Source: Tubiluchus corallicola
Taxonomy: Eukaryota > Animalia > Priapulida
Direction: 5' to 3'
Length of the DNA stretch: 64,000 nt
NCBI GenBank assembly: GCA_030141605.1
Contig: JAQGDQ010000400.1
Location: 124,001-188,000, forward strand
Shown: piece after piece, positions 28,901 to 59,926 of the stretch
Layout of the letters: each line of letters starts with the position of its first letter
How positions within the stretch are numbered: the stretch's first letter is position 1
The notes under the pieces: generated by a model
Seen by the model: the letters and a program-made list of their open reading frames with translations, nothing else
Databases searched by the model: none
What the model was told of the DNA's origin: nothing
Program-made: the position numbers and the translations under genes

Positions 28901-30990
28901 TAAAATATAAAGACTTTAAAGTAGAGTTTAAATCTTACCCTTTAGTCTCATGAAAAGCAGAAAAATGTAAATAAAAAAGCCTTGAAACGCAGTTGAAATC
29001 AGTTTCTACGTAATTAATTAATCAAAATAAGCCATTATCATTTATAACAATTATTTTTTTCAAAAGCTTGCTTTGCAGAAAACTGCTGTCGCTCTTGGCC
29101 TGGCCCTTGCGACTAGCGAGCCATAACGGAGCTGTGATACCAAGCAAACAGTTGCTGAAAGTAGTTCCATTTAAAAGAATTGGAATTAAAGTTTTGTTTT
29201 TTCGTTTATTACTCATTTGGATGGTACCTTTTAGGAAACGTTTTTTGAGTTTATTTTGTGAACTATAAACAATGTCCTGAACATTAACCTACACACCTAT
29301 TTTTGGGTATGACGTCAATCTGACGCAAAAGGCGACAGAACACAGTGAGTGAAGTTGTTAGGCTCCAACAGGATCAAGGGTGAGAAGATGTATTTTTAGG
29401 TGAGTAAAAATAGAAATGTTTTCATTGATTTTCATCTATTTTTGGCGTGTGTGTCAGTATTTGATTGACAATGTAAACAAAGCAAGTTAAAGTTTCATAG
29501 ACAACAGCTTGGTGTAAAATGATTTGAAACTTAGAAATTATGGACGTGTATTTGCATGCATGATTGGAGAATGAAGATTGCACGTAACTCTGAATACTGC
29601 AAAGTAGAGTCGGGATTTGTTTTGATAATACTTAGTTTGTTTACTCGTGCGAATTTAATCATTTTCTTCAATAAACAGTGGATAATGACACATTATTCTG
29701 CTCTGAAAAGGACAATTTGAGTTTTGAATTGTGTTGTGGCTTTGCCATTTCGCCTGTATTATTTAGGCCTGTTTCGTTATTTCTGTGGTCTCGCTGTCTG
29801 TTGTCTTTCAGCTGATTTTTTATTCTAATGTAGAGCAGTGATGGGCGTTATTAAAATTTAATTAAATACATTTGTTGATTGCATTTATTTTAGTAATTCT
29901 TGTACTTGATGTACAAGTTTGTGTAAGATTTTTAGGAATTGTGCATGCAGTACCATTCAGGTTGGAATTTGCATGGTAAATTTGGTGTATATGCGGGCGC
30001 ATGTATTTTTGTTGGCATGGGTGCGATATCAGAAAATGGATGTGAGCATAATGCTAAGCCACTAAAAACCTAGAACACAAAATACATTATTTATTTCCCT
30101 TAAAAAAGAAAGAATTTAAACAGTTTTTCAAAAGGCAGCAGTCATACTAGTTTTGCTGCAATGTCTTTTCAGAATACATGTATGTTAGTATTGATATATT
30201 TATGACCTTCAGCTTTGGACTCAATAATTTCATTGAATATTGTTCTCATCAAGACCGGTGAATGGTGTGTAAGCTTGTATTGCAATCTATTTTCCACGAA
30301 GATGGCTGCATTTAAATAAACTTCGGATACTTTTACACTTAATTAAGAGTTTTATGATGATAAGCATGAAAAATTGATGGATACAGGTGGCTACAGAGCG
30401 TGATGTTATTGGGCAGGGCACGTAGGGGTTAGCCGTATAAACAGCTTCCATATAAGGAAGCTGTTTATATATATATATATTATACGAAGCCGTATAAACA
30501 GCTTCCATACTGCATCATGCTAAATTGTGCTGCACAATTGCTAACTAGTGCAATTAACGTAATAATTATAAAAAATAATACGCGAAATTTTGTGCTGTGC
30601 TGTAATTCAACTAAAATTTGGCAATTTTAAGATTTAACTCATTGTGAGCAATGAATTAAATTATGAAAATGCTCACTTTTGACAGAACTATGGAAAAATT
30701 TCATGTTTGTTGTAGCAAATGTACTGCTTGTTCCCCTGAGAGGGTTGCGTTTTGTAAATTTTAATAGTTGTTTTTAAAGATCTTTCTTGCGAGTTATTTA
30801 CTGTTCTACTTACTCCGTATGTTTTCTTTTTTTAGTACTTGCATAAGTATTTTAATGAGGAATAGCCAACTCATTCCATTGATCACTGTAGTGCGGCATG
30901 TAGTCTAACAATAAAATTCAAAGCATTAGATAGAATTTAGTATAAAAGAACAAATGGGGACATTTACTAAAACATTTTGGTTTTAGACTC

Positions 30991-31273
30991 GACCAGACGG
31001 TTTAGTCTAGTGGTAATGCGTCTGCTTTCCGTCTGGGAGGTCATGAATTCGAACCAGCGGCCGGGCCATACCAAAGACTTTAAAAATGGTACCTGCTATT
31101 GCTCTACCTGACGCGTGGAGTTTAGGGTAAAAGTGGGGTAATAATAGTCTCTGTTATGTAGTTGTAGGTTGTTATTTACAGTCGGCGATAATAGCTCTTT
31201 GAGCTAATGTTAATTGTTGACCCAAAAGTCGACTTTAAATAAAGATTATTATTATTATTGTTATTACTATTAT
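30991..31273 (+). mobile_element. tRNA-derived SINE, full length (MetaSINE-like core)
   Basis: A box tagtctagtgg, B box aattcgaacc, core cataccaaagactttaaaaatggtac resembling my recollection of the Meta domain, and a (TTA)n tail; three copies in the window. Confidence 0.85.
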
Positions 31274-31806
31274 TGAAAGTACATGAAAATGTTTATTGCG
31301 TGCCTAGTGGCGCTTATCCATGATGCAGTCTACCCTTGTGCAAAATTGATATACAAAGCCTGTTTAAAAAATGTAAATGTGCTTTACAAGGATTTTATTA
31401 ACTTTAGTAATTCCCTGAAAACTTTATCTGCTATTACGACTACATGGATGTCAACATGTTTATCGATTTGGCTAAGCCTTGTTTTGTCTAATTACATCCA
31501 CTTCAGGTTTATAGCATTTGATAATGTAACTTCGGCAAAGGGCAGCTACAGTGTCTAATCTTTCAAACCTAGCACTAAAACATTTCTGTGAGCGGATGTG
31601 CGTTCAACCTTTATTGTGTCGTGCGTAATAGCTGGTTTACCAAAGTCTAGAGATCAGTGCAAAGAGTGCATTTACCTGACCTGGGGTTTCTTACTTGTCA
31701 ACAGATAAGACTAGCTACAAATATTATTGACGTATACATATTGTTTTTGTTTGTGATGTACTTTTTTTCCTTTATACCTGTTGCTACGACCTTTATTAAA
31801 TTTTTA

Positions 31807-32690
31807 TTACTCATAGCATTGCAAGAAAGTTTTTCACAAACATCCCTGAACACGAAAGAAGTTATAAGCGTTACGCACAGCATTGCATGAAAGTTCTTCA
31901 CAAACATCCCTGAATACGAAAGAAGTTATAGGCAATACTCACAGCATTGCAGGAAAGTTCTTCACAAACATCACTGAACGCGAAAGATGTTATAGGCATT
32001 ACTCACAGCATTGCAGGAAAGTTCTTCACAAACATCCCTGAACAGGAAAGAAGTTATAGGCGTTACGCACAGCATTGCAGGAAAGTTCTTCACAAACATC
32101 CCTGAATACGAAAGAAGTTATAGGCTATACTCACAGCATTGCAGGAAAGTTCTTCACAAACTCCCTGAACACGAAAGAAGTTATAGGCATTACTCACAGC
32201 ATTGCAGGAAAGTTCTTCACAAACATCCCTGAATATGAAAGAAGTTATAGGCATTACTCACAGCATTGCAGGAAAGTTTTTCACAAACATCCCTGAATAC
32301 GAAAGACGTTATAGGCATTACTCACAGCATTGCAGGAAAGTTTTTCACAAACATCCCTGAATACGAAAGAAGTTATAGGCATTACTCACAGCATTGCAGG
32401 AAAGTTCTTCACAAACATCACTGAACGCGAAAGAAGTTATAGGCATTACTCACAGCATTGCAGGAAAGTTCTTCACAAACATCCCTGAACAGGAAAGAAG
32501 TTATAGGCATTACTCACAGCATTGCAGGAAAGTTTTTCACAAACATCCCTGAACATGAAAGAAGTTATAGGCATTACTCACAGCATTGCAGGAAAGTTCT
32601 TCACAAATATCCCTGAATACGAAAGAAGTTATAGGCATTACTCACAGCATTGCAGGAAAGTTCTGCACAAACATCCCTGAACACGAAAGA
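31807..32690. repeat. Minisatellite, 64 bp unit, about 14 copies
   Basis: ttactcacagcattgcaggaaagttcttcacaaacatccctgaatacgaaagaagttataggca in tandem. Confidence 0.96.
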
Positions 32691-32694
32691 ATAT

Positions 32695-32981
32695 CTGTGG
32701 CACGTCGCTCGAATGGCCCGCTCCCGCCTACCGTTCATCTCCATGTCTGAGCCGGCGTGGAAGCGCTACAGAGGAGGTCAAGAAAAGCATTTCTGGCATC
32801 AAATGAAGCGCGATTTTGTGTCTCCTCTTGGGCTGGATCACTACCACAAAGTTTCCGATGATCTCATAGAGCTGCCTTCGTACTGCAAGGACCAGAAGCA
32901 GTGGCGTGCGATGGTTTGGGATACTACCTGTGCTGACCTGCCTACACCTGGTGGGGGCAGCAAGTAAGTAAGCAAGCAAGT
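32695..32981 (+). mobile_element. 5'-truncated LINE (RTE-like) 3' end
   Basis: Peptide WHVARMARSRLP...KRYRGG...DQKQWRAMV resembles the post-RT C-terminus of RTE-type ORFs; (AAGT/AAGC)n tail; TSD aagaatat at 32687-32694 and 32982-32989. Confidence 0.78.
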
Positions 32982-33889
32982 AAGAATATGTGCTTTATTC
33001 AAAGTCTCTGTCATGATAAGAGTCCAAACGAAACTGATGTGATACATATGGAGTGCAATGCATGCGTGATCTAGTTACTTTGGAGAGTTCGTTTAGTGAG
33101 TGGAGAAGCAAGTAAATATGGAATTAGTTAAACAGACTAAACTGAGAACTGCTCGCCTCTATTGGACATTGAGAACTGCATCAACTGCCCAGGAAGACCA
33201 AGTGCTACTTGTAACTATTTGTCTATAATAAGCAGAGGTTTTACAAGTTCATCTTAACATATCACGTGCCTCAGATTTCTTATGTGCGGCAAAGTCATTC
33301 TATAGATGAATATACTGACTTAAGTCTTGTTTTTTGCATGAAACAAATGAAATTTGGTGTAGTGGTAAACAGTCCCTAGAGCTACTGAAATTGTTGCAAA
33401 ATTAGGTCATGCGAACTTAAGACTAGGTCAGCTGTCTCATAAACTGTCAAAATGTGTCATCCTAAAAATTTATAGTGATTGATGAATGTTTAAAATAAAA
33501 ATACGCCTAGAAATTACTAGTACTGAATTACAGAGTGAATCGAAAAGTAAGCTTGTAAGCCAAAGCTTTTCATAATGTCTTTTAGACATTGTCTCTAATT
33601 ATTTTTTTACATGTCCCATGCTCAAACAAACCTATTTGCACACGTAGGTATTACTTTGCAGGACAAGTACAAGATGGCAGCAACTGCAAATTCGCACAAA
33701 GGTCTTTTGGCAATTTTTGTGATATTTTGGAATTTAATATTGTAAAAAGAAATTTGTTAAATAAAAATGAGCACAAAGAAAGAACTTGAAAACGTGCTCT
33801 ACAGCAACTACATAATGTTTTACATTTGAGACGGTAATTGCAGGAACAAATTTTAGCGGGCCTGTCAAATTTGGAATGAATGATTTTTG

Positions 33890-34982
33890 GTGCGTGGTAA
33901 AAATGGCACAGGAAAAAAGTGCATGGTAAAATTGGCACGAAAAGAAAAATAGGTAAAAATGGCGCAAATAGAAAAGTGTGAAAAAATGGCACATATGTTA
34001 GTTTGGTGCAGTGATTTCTATAATAAAACTATAATAATGCATTCAGTCATTTCATTCATTCATGTTAGGAAACAGACATTTCCTCCAAAGCCGAAGAGTC
34101 TTAAATTTATTCATCTCATTTTTTTAATTAAAAATGAAAAACGAAAATAAACATGTAAGAATACAAAAATGCACCTGTAAAAGTATTTTTATTAAAAAGT
34201 TGTTTTTATTACCAATCGTGTGAATAATCTTGACTGCTAACATTTTTTAATGAATTACTTATGTAAAGTATATTCAAAATAAAATGATGCTAATAATTAT
34301 ATAGACTAGCAAAAGACTCACAAAATATTTTGTTCAGTAAATAGACTTGTTCGTAATCAATAATGCACGAATGTTCCACACGGTGTTTATCTGACTTTCT
34401 GTAACCATTAATTTTGGCGATGGTAAGAGACTGGCTTATATACGTATTGACATACCAAATCAGTTTACAAGGCTGTACACTTTAACGAGCAAAGATTATA
34501 GACAGCGTTACACGGTTTTACAAGAGAGAATTTATCAAAAGGAACCTGGAATTAACCTGTACTTGTTTGTCCAGGCGAAGATAATAAGAAAGGGACCTGC
34601 ACAAAGTGCTTCCTGAATGTTTTTTGTACGTGGTGTTCGATCAAGTTTTGCGAAAAAAGAATCAATCAGCGAAAAAATTCCCATCCTATAGCCAGCTTCT
34701 TCGCAAAGTTTCATATGAAATTCTGTTACGTAGATTTTGCGTAATAGGTTTATGGCCTTGACAGGCAAAAACAACAAAGTAAACAGACAAACAAACAAAG
34801 AAACTGCACTGAAGCATAATTTCCTTGGCAAAGATAAAAATAATTATCCCTCGCAGTAATCCTAGTTTTAGTAAGTGAGCCAGTTTTTCCTGTACCGTTT
34901 TACCTACTTTTCCATTTGTACCGTTTTTTCCTGTACCATTTTTACGGTGGCATTTTTTCCTGTGTCATTTTTACCTACATTC
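33890..34982. mobile_element. Non-autonomous DNA transposon with repetitive long inverted ends (Mutator/foldback-like)
   Basis: The left end has repeats of ggtaaaaatggcacaggaaaaaa; the right end has the inverse ttttttcctgtgtcatttttacc. Confidence 0.65.
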
Positions 34983-35395
34983 ACATGATTCACGATTTTT
35001 CATTAGGAATGCCCTGATGTTGAGCCTCGAGTAGAATCTTCTGACGAATCAGCAACGCCTAATCAGTCATTCGGGTCACTAAGTTTTTTTTTTGTAAGTA
35101 TCTCAACGTTTGTCTGACATATTGGAAACTGCTAAAGTGCTTCCACGTGATGTGCAGTAGGTGCTTCTGGGTGCAGGCGGGGATTAATTACCAATTAGGT
35201 AGTTAACATTGCGCTGATAAGTGGAAATATTTTTGCAGCATAGCAGCTGCTTGAATAGTGAACACCAACTTGGACCTTAGCGCTTTGTGCAAAGAGCACA
35301 CGAGAAACTTCGGTCAAGATATTCGATTTTTCTCACTAATATTTTACAGCCACTAATGTACTTATCAGATGATTGTTTATTGGTAAATTGTTTAA

Positions 35396-35851
35396 CCCTT
35401 TCAGTCCCAAATTATTTTTTAGTAAGAATTTTTTTTTGATTTGGTACTTTTGTTCAGTATGTCCATCTTGTTTACACATAATAATTATTTTTTCTACCTG
35501 TGCCCGCGTGCTAAATATAGCCTGTATCCCACGGGATACATTGGTATTCAATGGAAGCATAAAATGTGCTTCATTTTGCAACTGCTGATAATTTTTTAAA
35601 GTATTTAAGACATTTAGTATGCATGCTATGCTGATCTGTACGAAGTCATCTCTAAAGTACTGTACCTTGAGCAGTTTTTATGCTATGTAGATCTTTTAAT
35701 TTGCCATTTTATCACCATTTTTAGTCTATTGTTATTGGCTTAAATCAAACTAACTATTATCAGATCAAATAACTGTTAGTTTTAAAATTTTATTAATTTT
35801 AAAAGCAGAAAATATTTTCGTATCCCACGGGATAGAACGGGTATGAAAGGG
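35396..35851. mobile_element. piggyBac-type MITE
   Basis: ttaa|ccctttca ... tgaaaggg|ttaa; internal near-palindrome tatcccacgggata occurs twice. Confidence 0.85.
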
Positions 35852-35959
35852 TTAAAGAACATTTTGGATTTCAACGCTGTTCGGGATTGTCTGGAAATGA
35901 CTAGATGAAGCTCGTCTACCGGCTTTTATATCACGATGACAACTTGCTAATAAGGCATA

Positions 35960-36170
35960 TGCGCTTAGCTGGCTTGATTGACAGTGAGATGACATCACAA
36001 GTTTTCAAGTTCGCAGCGCGCATGCGCCGTTGATGCTGCTTGAGATCTTAGCTGGAGTGGAGAGGGTGCCCGTGTGTGTGTTGAGTGCGCGCGATGGAGG
36101 TGTTCTGATTTTAGAAAGTTGGATTTATATTTAGGCTGTCAATCTAAAGTTGGCTTTCCTGGGTGAGTTA
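35960..36170 (+). promoter_or_regulatory. Candidate MEF2 promoter / non-coding first exon
   Basis: Locally GC/CpG-rich, NRF1-like gcgcatgcgc at about 36018, MEF2-type ttatatttag at 36125, donor gg|gtgagt at 36163; the ATG exon has an acceptor at 39545, so an upstream exon is expected. Confidence 0.4.
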
Positions 36171-39100
36171 TAATAGTAACACTGGTAGAGTAGCGTAGCG
36201 GGCGGGTGATGCTCGCCTTGTGTCATCATTTTCTAGTTTAAGCTTTCTCTGAGTTAGAGAGAGGGAGGTTGCTCTCGAGTCAGCTAAGTTTCTCTTGTGC
36301 GTCGTGCGTGCAAGCCGATCATGGATTTACTTTCCAGAGCGCTGATGCTGTTGCCAAGGCGACGAGATGCTATTCATTAAACTCGTTATTTTCACAAGGC
36401 TTGCAACACTTACATTCATGATGTGATTATTAGGACTAAACTATAAGAAGTGTGAACAAGCTAATGGGATAAATGTGGAAAATTGCTGCTATGCCAGTAT
36501 GATTGTTGTATTGTTGTACGTGCATATGTTTATATGTTAATTACGTTTCTCCATTTTGGGTGTTTGCAAGTAGGAGGTCACTGCTTGGATTTAACGACAT
36601 AGGTTGTGACTTTGATTATAGAACATTGAAAATAACGTTTTGTTTGTTTATACTAATAAAATGTCTCACAGCTATCTTTTTTGCTAAATATAAGTGTTTA
36701 AGATTTTAGGTGCATAAAGATCTAGATTCAGAACAATGCATAGACTTTTTTCACTTATTTAATTACTTATTTATTATTTATTTAATTATTATTTAAATGT
36801 GTAGCATAATAAATTGGATTTGTGTTTCACAAATTCAGTGTTTGAAAGGATTATGTACGCTCATTTAGCAAAAATCCTTATCGACATTCATGTTTTTTAT
36901 TACTATACATGAATTTTCGTTATGCACACTATTATGACTGACAAGATAAAAATGATAAAGTTTTTAAACTTTGAAAGAAATCCTTGTTGATAATCAAGCC
37001 ACAGACGTCGACATTTTGTCGCTTTCTTACGTTTTTATTCTAAGTAATTTTTAATTTATAACTATTGTGCTAGGTTATAAATAGGATGGTATATGGCATT
37101 ATTTAGCGAGTGAACATTTTTACATCAGCAAGTGAAAAGGCATAAAATTTGAAGATGATTTAAACTAAATTATCTGATGTTTGCTGGAAGCTACGACCTG
37201 TTTTAAAGTACAAAATGTTGATATGTTGGTGTCACTGCATTATAACTCGAATTTCTGAGAAACGGTTTTAACGGAAGTCTAAGAAGGGCAAGCATGCTTG
37301 GTTTGCTCTCTAAGAAATTATAAAAATGTAGATGAAACATCAGCTTTTGTCCAGTTCTGGATTGTTATGAAATACGAAATAGTCCAGCAATATCGTAGTC
37401 CAAATCATTTTTTAAACGCTATTTATTTTGCTTTTAATTTTCCATGTACGCTGGTGATTAGTTAACATGAGTTAAAGTGTGGAGCTTTAGGTGCTTTTTC
37501 TGCTGTACTGAACGCTGCTTTGCACGTAGGAGTGTTTCAAGTACAGTGTGTAGCTACTGTATGGTACACTAATCTGTTACGTAACCAAGGGCATCACTCG
37601 CACGTCCTACAGCCCAGCAACTTGTTTACGTAACTTACAACTTTGCAGAGGCACTTACTGACCCAGTAATAAATAACTGCAGTAGCTAACTAACGCAAAA
37701 TACTTCGCCGTCGGTTAGCAAACGTTTGACCAGTGATGTGGCGCTAATAGAGGGCTTTTTGTTTAGTGGCTTTTTGCTTTATTATTTCTTGTAAACACAG
37801 TTTATTATCAGTGTTGTTAGTTATAAGTTACTAATAAAATAAATTAACGAGTTCGTCACACGAAGAAATGTCAATTTTTTCATTTGGTTTTTTGTTAAAA
37901 TAAATTCCATGAATTCGTGCTTCTGTTACCTATATTTCTGGGACTCCTGCATTAATTGTGTATTATATAGGTTTTTTTCGTACAGTTTTGTCTATAGTTG
38001 TGCTTGTTTCTGTTGTATAGCGCTCATAGTGTAAATAAAATAAAAAACTAAACAGTTCTTTATACTGTTAGTAAAGTATAAGCTTTTTGGCTTGGCAATA
38101 ACATTACGTTCAGTGCCATAAAATTACACATTTCACATTTTCGTTGAACACTGTGTTTTACCAAAGCTGGAGTAAATTGAAATATTGTAATTTTCACATT
38201 AAAATTACAACAAGATAATCTATGCAAGAACCATATTGTGGAGATTAGAAGTCATAACAAGATAGTCTATGCTAGAACCATATTGTGGAGATTAGAAGTC
38301 ATAACTTGGACACTGAGCTCCTCACGTCTTAGGCTTATGTATTGCATTTTTTTGATATGTCGAAAGTTGAACTCGTTTTACAACTGTAAGATCACATTTG
38401 ACAGTTTTTTCCAGCGTTGCTTTAAACTTAATTAATGAAAAGCGATGATATTGGAACAAAAATACAGTTCATCTTTACAGAAATACGATTAATGGCTTAT
38501 GTATGGGAGATACAACTGAAATGTAAGATAATGTAGTAATGTAGCGATGATCTTGGAACAAAAATACAGTTCATCTGTACAGAAATACGATTAATGGCTT
38601 ATGTATGGGAGGTATAACTGAAATGTAAGAATGTAATTATGTATTGATGTAGCGACCTACTGAACCTAGTGTCGTAGACTCACGCTGGAGTTACACACTG
38701 GAGGTCTTTAAAATGTCACCGTCCACAACATGCAGTGTAGCAGGGAGGCAGAAGATCTATTTCTTGACCAATAGATGACTTCTAATCTGTAGAAGATGCA
38801 TACAGAATGTTACAGCATGTCACAAAATGAAGATCAGTGTCACCCATTTATAAATATGTATAATGTGACTTGCATTTAAAACATCAGCAAAATGTTGAAC
38901 ATCAACAGTCTTGACTGAGGTCAAAGGTCATATCAGGGTTGTCGCTAAACTGCGCATGTGCGAAAATTTGCCTTTGTGTGGTCGTAAGGCGACAGTCTTA
39001 ATTAATTAACTTCGTCCAGGAGAAAATTAATGCAAAATGTTACAAATTATCTGCACAGTGTACTTAATCAGCTTTCTTATTTTAAAATTAAAGGTCGCTG

Positions 39101-39643
39101 TAAATAAAATCGTGAGTAAAAAGTCAAACCGATGACTTAATTCATCTTCATGGAATATTGTTCCTCTGCAATATGCGAGGCAGCAAGGAAGCTTTCAGTT
39201 CTTGTATTATAATTTGGATAAGTTAATTTCTGTCTCACTTGTAAATTAAGACTAGTTAAATTGTTTTTGTGAATTATATAATCAATTTGCCTCTTTTTGC
39301 TCTTTTATGGTAAAAATAACTGCTAATACTTCTGCAAAGTACAATGTTTTTCGCCAATCACTAGTTCTTATCATAAATATCGGTTATTATTGTCATTGCT
39401 GTCGCCGTTGGTGTACAGTTTCCTTACATTAATGTCGGCTTTACTATTATGGTAAGTGACTGTATGGCAGCATCCAGCTTGGTGTACTTGGCATATGGTG
39501 ATCATGTTTACTCATATCACGGCTAGTATATTTTCTTTTACGCAGCGCCAAGGGGCCAACACGAACACACGAAAAGCAGCCAGCTGACCTCGAACATTTC
39601 GAGGGATCGTGAAGCAGCAGCATCAGCATAAACGCCACAAAAC

Positions 39644-56565
<16,922 letters not shown>

Positions 56566-58019
56566 GTAAGTAACATAGAGGTCCTCATTTAGAGTGTGCG
56601 TTGCGTTGGTCCTCATTCAATGGCCGTCACGCTTTTCCGATGAGCATAACCTGTACAGGAAGCAAAGAATTGTTAGTATCGATGTAAGTCTTATATTGCT
56701 CAAAGCAAAAGATAAGTTTCGATGGAAGTTCGGGTCACATTAATATTTGAGAAAAATGTTAGAAAGTTTCGTAATATAATTGTGATACGCGCCTCGTGTA
56801 ACTAGTAAAATCACTTTAAAGTCGCGATAACTTTGGACACACTTATTTTGAATGAAAAATGGTGTCATCTGGTTACCATGTAATATAAACACTTATCCCG
56901 CCAGGTGCCTGAGCGAACTTTTTTTGCCATTACTATTATCAACTACAAACAATCCAAAAGTTAAACGAGAGATTATTAGTTCTATTTTTTGCTTATTGAT
57001 GAATAACTTTGTCCACTATGTATTATGTAATGAAAACCAGTTATCAATGGTAATATAATAATCCTCAACTCTGCTAGTTAACACTGACAAAGTAACAGAA
57101 TCATTTTAGCAAGCTAAAAATGAACTCTGTGATCCTTGCAGAAGTCCATACTTATGTGTAATTGTAATGTGTAGTACTTGTAATGCATTCTGAGGTATAG
57201 TCCTGTGGATTAAAGCTATGCGAGCAAGTTATCGATAAATTTTTACATAAACACAAAGATTTAGTCAACATGAATAGTCAACTTTGTTATGCATGTCTTC
57301 AGGTTGTCCACCAGCTTACGGCATTTTGTTTCAAATGTGCCCTTTTGTGAGGTTCATTTGGCGACAGATATTAGTGATATAAATTTCTTTTGCATTTTTA
57401 AGCAAGTCACTTCATGCACGTATATTATATGGTACTTTCAGTATTTATAAGTGCATGGTAAAATACAATGAATGTAATTCAGGTGTTAATTTTTCCTTTA
57501 AATAATTCGTTTTTGGAAAAAGACTAAATGAACCAAAAGCGATGAAGTCTTCGCTTTATCTTTTTCCTTTGCTGACTCTATAGCATTGTTTCTTTACTCC
57601 GAAGAATTAACAAAAGTTCAAAGTTACGCCTATTTTTGTTGATTGAGTAACTCAATTTGAGTATTAGGTCCTGCGTACATGGAAAATTCCGTCTGTTGAC
57701 CGCTTGGTTTAGTTAGAAACGCTAAACTGACACAGTTCCAAGTTTCAATTCATACTTGAATGTTTTTCTCACTTCTGGTTGCGAGTTCAGCCACTTTCCT
57801 CCAAGTATTTTGACACAATGTACACAGTAAAGCAATATGGAGTCTAGTATCAAGAGCTAACAATGGCTGGAGACACATAATTTGCTTGATGCACTAAGAG
57901 ATGCACATAGAGATGAGCCCGTGTAGTCAAGCATGTTAGCTTTCAATATATATAACTGAATTGATTTTTGATTATTTCTGCAAAATTGTGAAAAGTGTTT
58001 TCTATGAGATACGGTTGTA

Positions 58020-58220
58020 ACTTTTGAAGTTTCAGAAGAAAAATCCAACGATTACCGTAGAAAATCTCATTGTTTTGAGATACAGTTATGACTTTCGAAG
58101 TTTCAGAAGAAAAATCCAACAATTACCGTAGAAAATCTCATTGTTTTGAGATACAGTTATGACTTTTGAAGTTTCAGAACAACAATCCAGCAATTACCGT
58201 AGAAAATCTCATTGTTTTGA
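58020..58220. repeat. 72-bp tandem repeat, about 3 copies
   Basis: gaagtttcagaagaaaaatccaac.attaccgtagaaaatctcattgttttgagatacagttatgacttt repeated. Confidence 0.85.
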
Positions 58221-59468
58221 CGCTTCAAGGTCATCTGTTACTTTACTTTTGTACGTTCACGCAGACGGTGTATAGTTCGTATATTCTGGTCTGTTTCTAC
58301 TGCAATCATATTTTCAATCCCACAATGATTTTAATAACAATCTTATAAATCATTGATTGTAAGAAGAAAGAACCTCTAGAGATTTGATATAATTTACCTG
58401 ATGGCCGCATACAGCCGTGTTGCACCAATAAAACGGCCACACCTCGTCAATTATTCATGACCTCTACCTGAAAAATTACTATTTCATGATCGAATTAATA
58501 TAATAACTCGCCTGATTCATTGTGCCTTGATTTGCTATAAATAAATAATTATTTTCTGATCGACGCGGATATATTATTGATGGGCTCTTTGGCCCGGCAG
58601 ATGTGACTCAGATAATTAAATGTAAAAAATAATGCCAAGGTGTATGGCGGCTTTGCGATTGTCGTAAAGTATATTATATTGCTGCAATGAAAGATAGATG
58701 CCAGGGCTTATCGTAAGTTAATGTATTAAATGCGGAACGTTAAGTTGATTGAGAAAAGCTTTGTCGCTTGATGTTGCATTGTCCTCGCTTTGCTTTTTGT
58801 GTGTAAATAATGAATGAACAGCTAGTTGAGTACCTCGTTGATGCTGACTGACTGGGTTTTTTTTCAAATGCTTGTGCAAAACAATTCAGTTTAGTTCAGT
58901 TCATTTATGTATTTATTGCTTCAGAAAATGCGTTGGAAGTTTGTACCCGTTTCAGATGTGCAGTTGATTATGACTGTTAACAGTCGAGTATAAGTGTTAT
59001 GTCCCATTCTTCCACGAATACCATGCTTTTTATAATATGCCATTAGCCCATTACAATGTGCTTGAAGCACTTGTGTCGCCACCTATGCATCAAATTATTG
59101 CTGAATAATTGGAGTTAGTATACTTTAAGGATGTTATTGTTTAGCTGTTAAAATCCCATGTTTCCTTTTTTGTAATTATTTATTATTTTTTATTTATTTA
59201 TTTATTTATTTTTTGTAATAAGACAAGAGAAACGTGCGTCTGTGTAGTTACCGACATAATCTAAAGCTTTACTCGAGCTAACCTTACTACCATGTTTTAT
59301 AAATTAGCCCGAGGAAGACATTCAATAGGCCTAGTGTGCTTAGCGTCTGAAGATAAGCAACACTGTGCCTGGCTAATAAATGGATTGATGATAAGCAAGA
59401 AAATTGCTTTTCAGCGATTTAATTTTCTTTAAATTGCTTTTCATTGCTTCAGAAAATTGCTTTTCAAC

Positions 59469-59742
59469 TATCGGAGGGTTTAGTCGAGTAGTAACGCGTC
59501 CGCTTTCCATCTGGGAGATCGCGAGTTCAATACAGCGGCCGGGTCATACCAAAGACTTTAAAAATGGTACCTGTTGTTACCCTGCTTTTGCGTGGTATTT
59601 AAAGTGGTGTAATAATTGTTTCTGTTATGCAGTTGTAGGTTGTTATTTGCAGTCGGCTCAAAAAAGCGCTTTGGACCTTATGATAATTGTTCATCCAAAA
59701 AGCCGACTTTAAATAAAGATTATCATTATTATTATAATTATT
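59469..59742 (+). mobile_element. tRNA-derived SINE (MetaSINE-like)
   Basis: Diverged copy of 30991-31273 with A/B boxes and a TTA tail. Confidence 0.82.
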
Positions 59743-59926
59743 TGTTGTATGTCGACTCTAGCTACGCCTTTCGTTGAGGTACATCCGAGCATCATCATCA
59801 TCATCATCATCCGAGCATATCATCATCGGTTTGCTAACTCTTTTTAGAGAACTTTTTGATGACGAATGTTATATTGACCTTCAAAAATTAATTTTAATTT
59901 AATTGATTTAGGTGTGCATTTGCTAA

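Noticed and set aside
30991-31065. tRNA gene
   Set aside because: The A/B boxes continue into a SINE body and tail present in three copies; no intact cloverleaf.
32011-32296. Repetitive ORFs MQESSSQTSLN...
   Set aside because: Frames running through the 64-bp minisatellite, with no splice or homology support.
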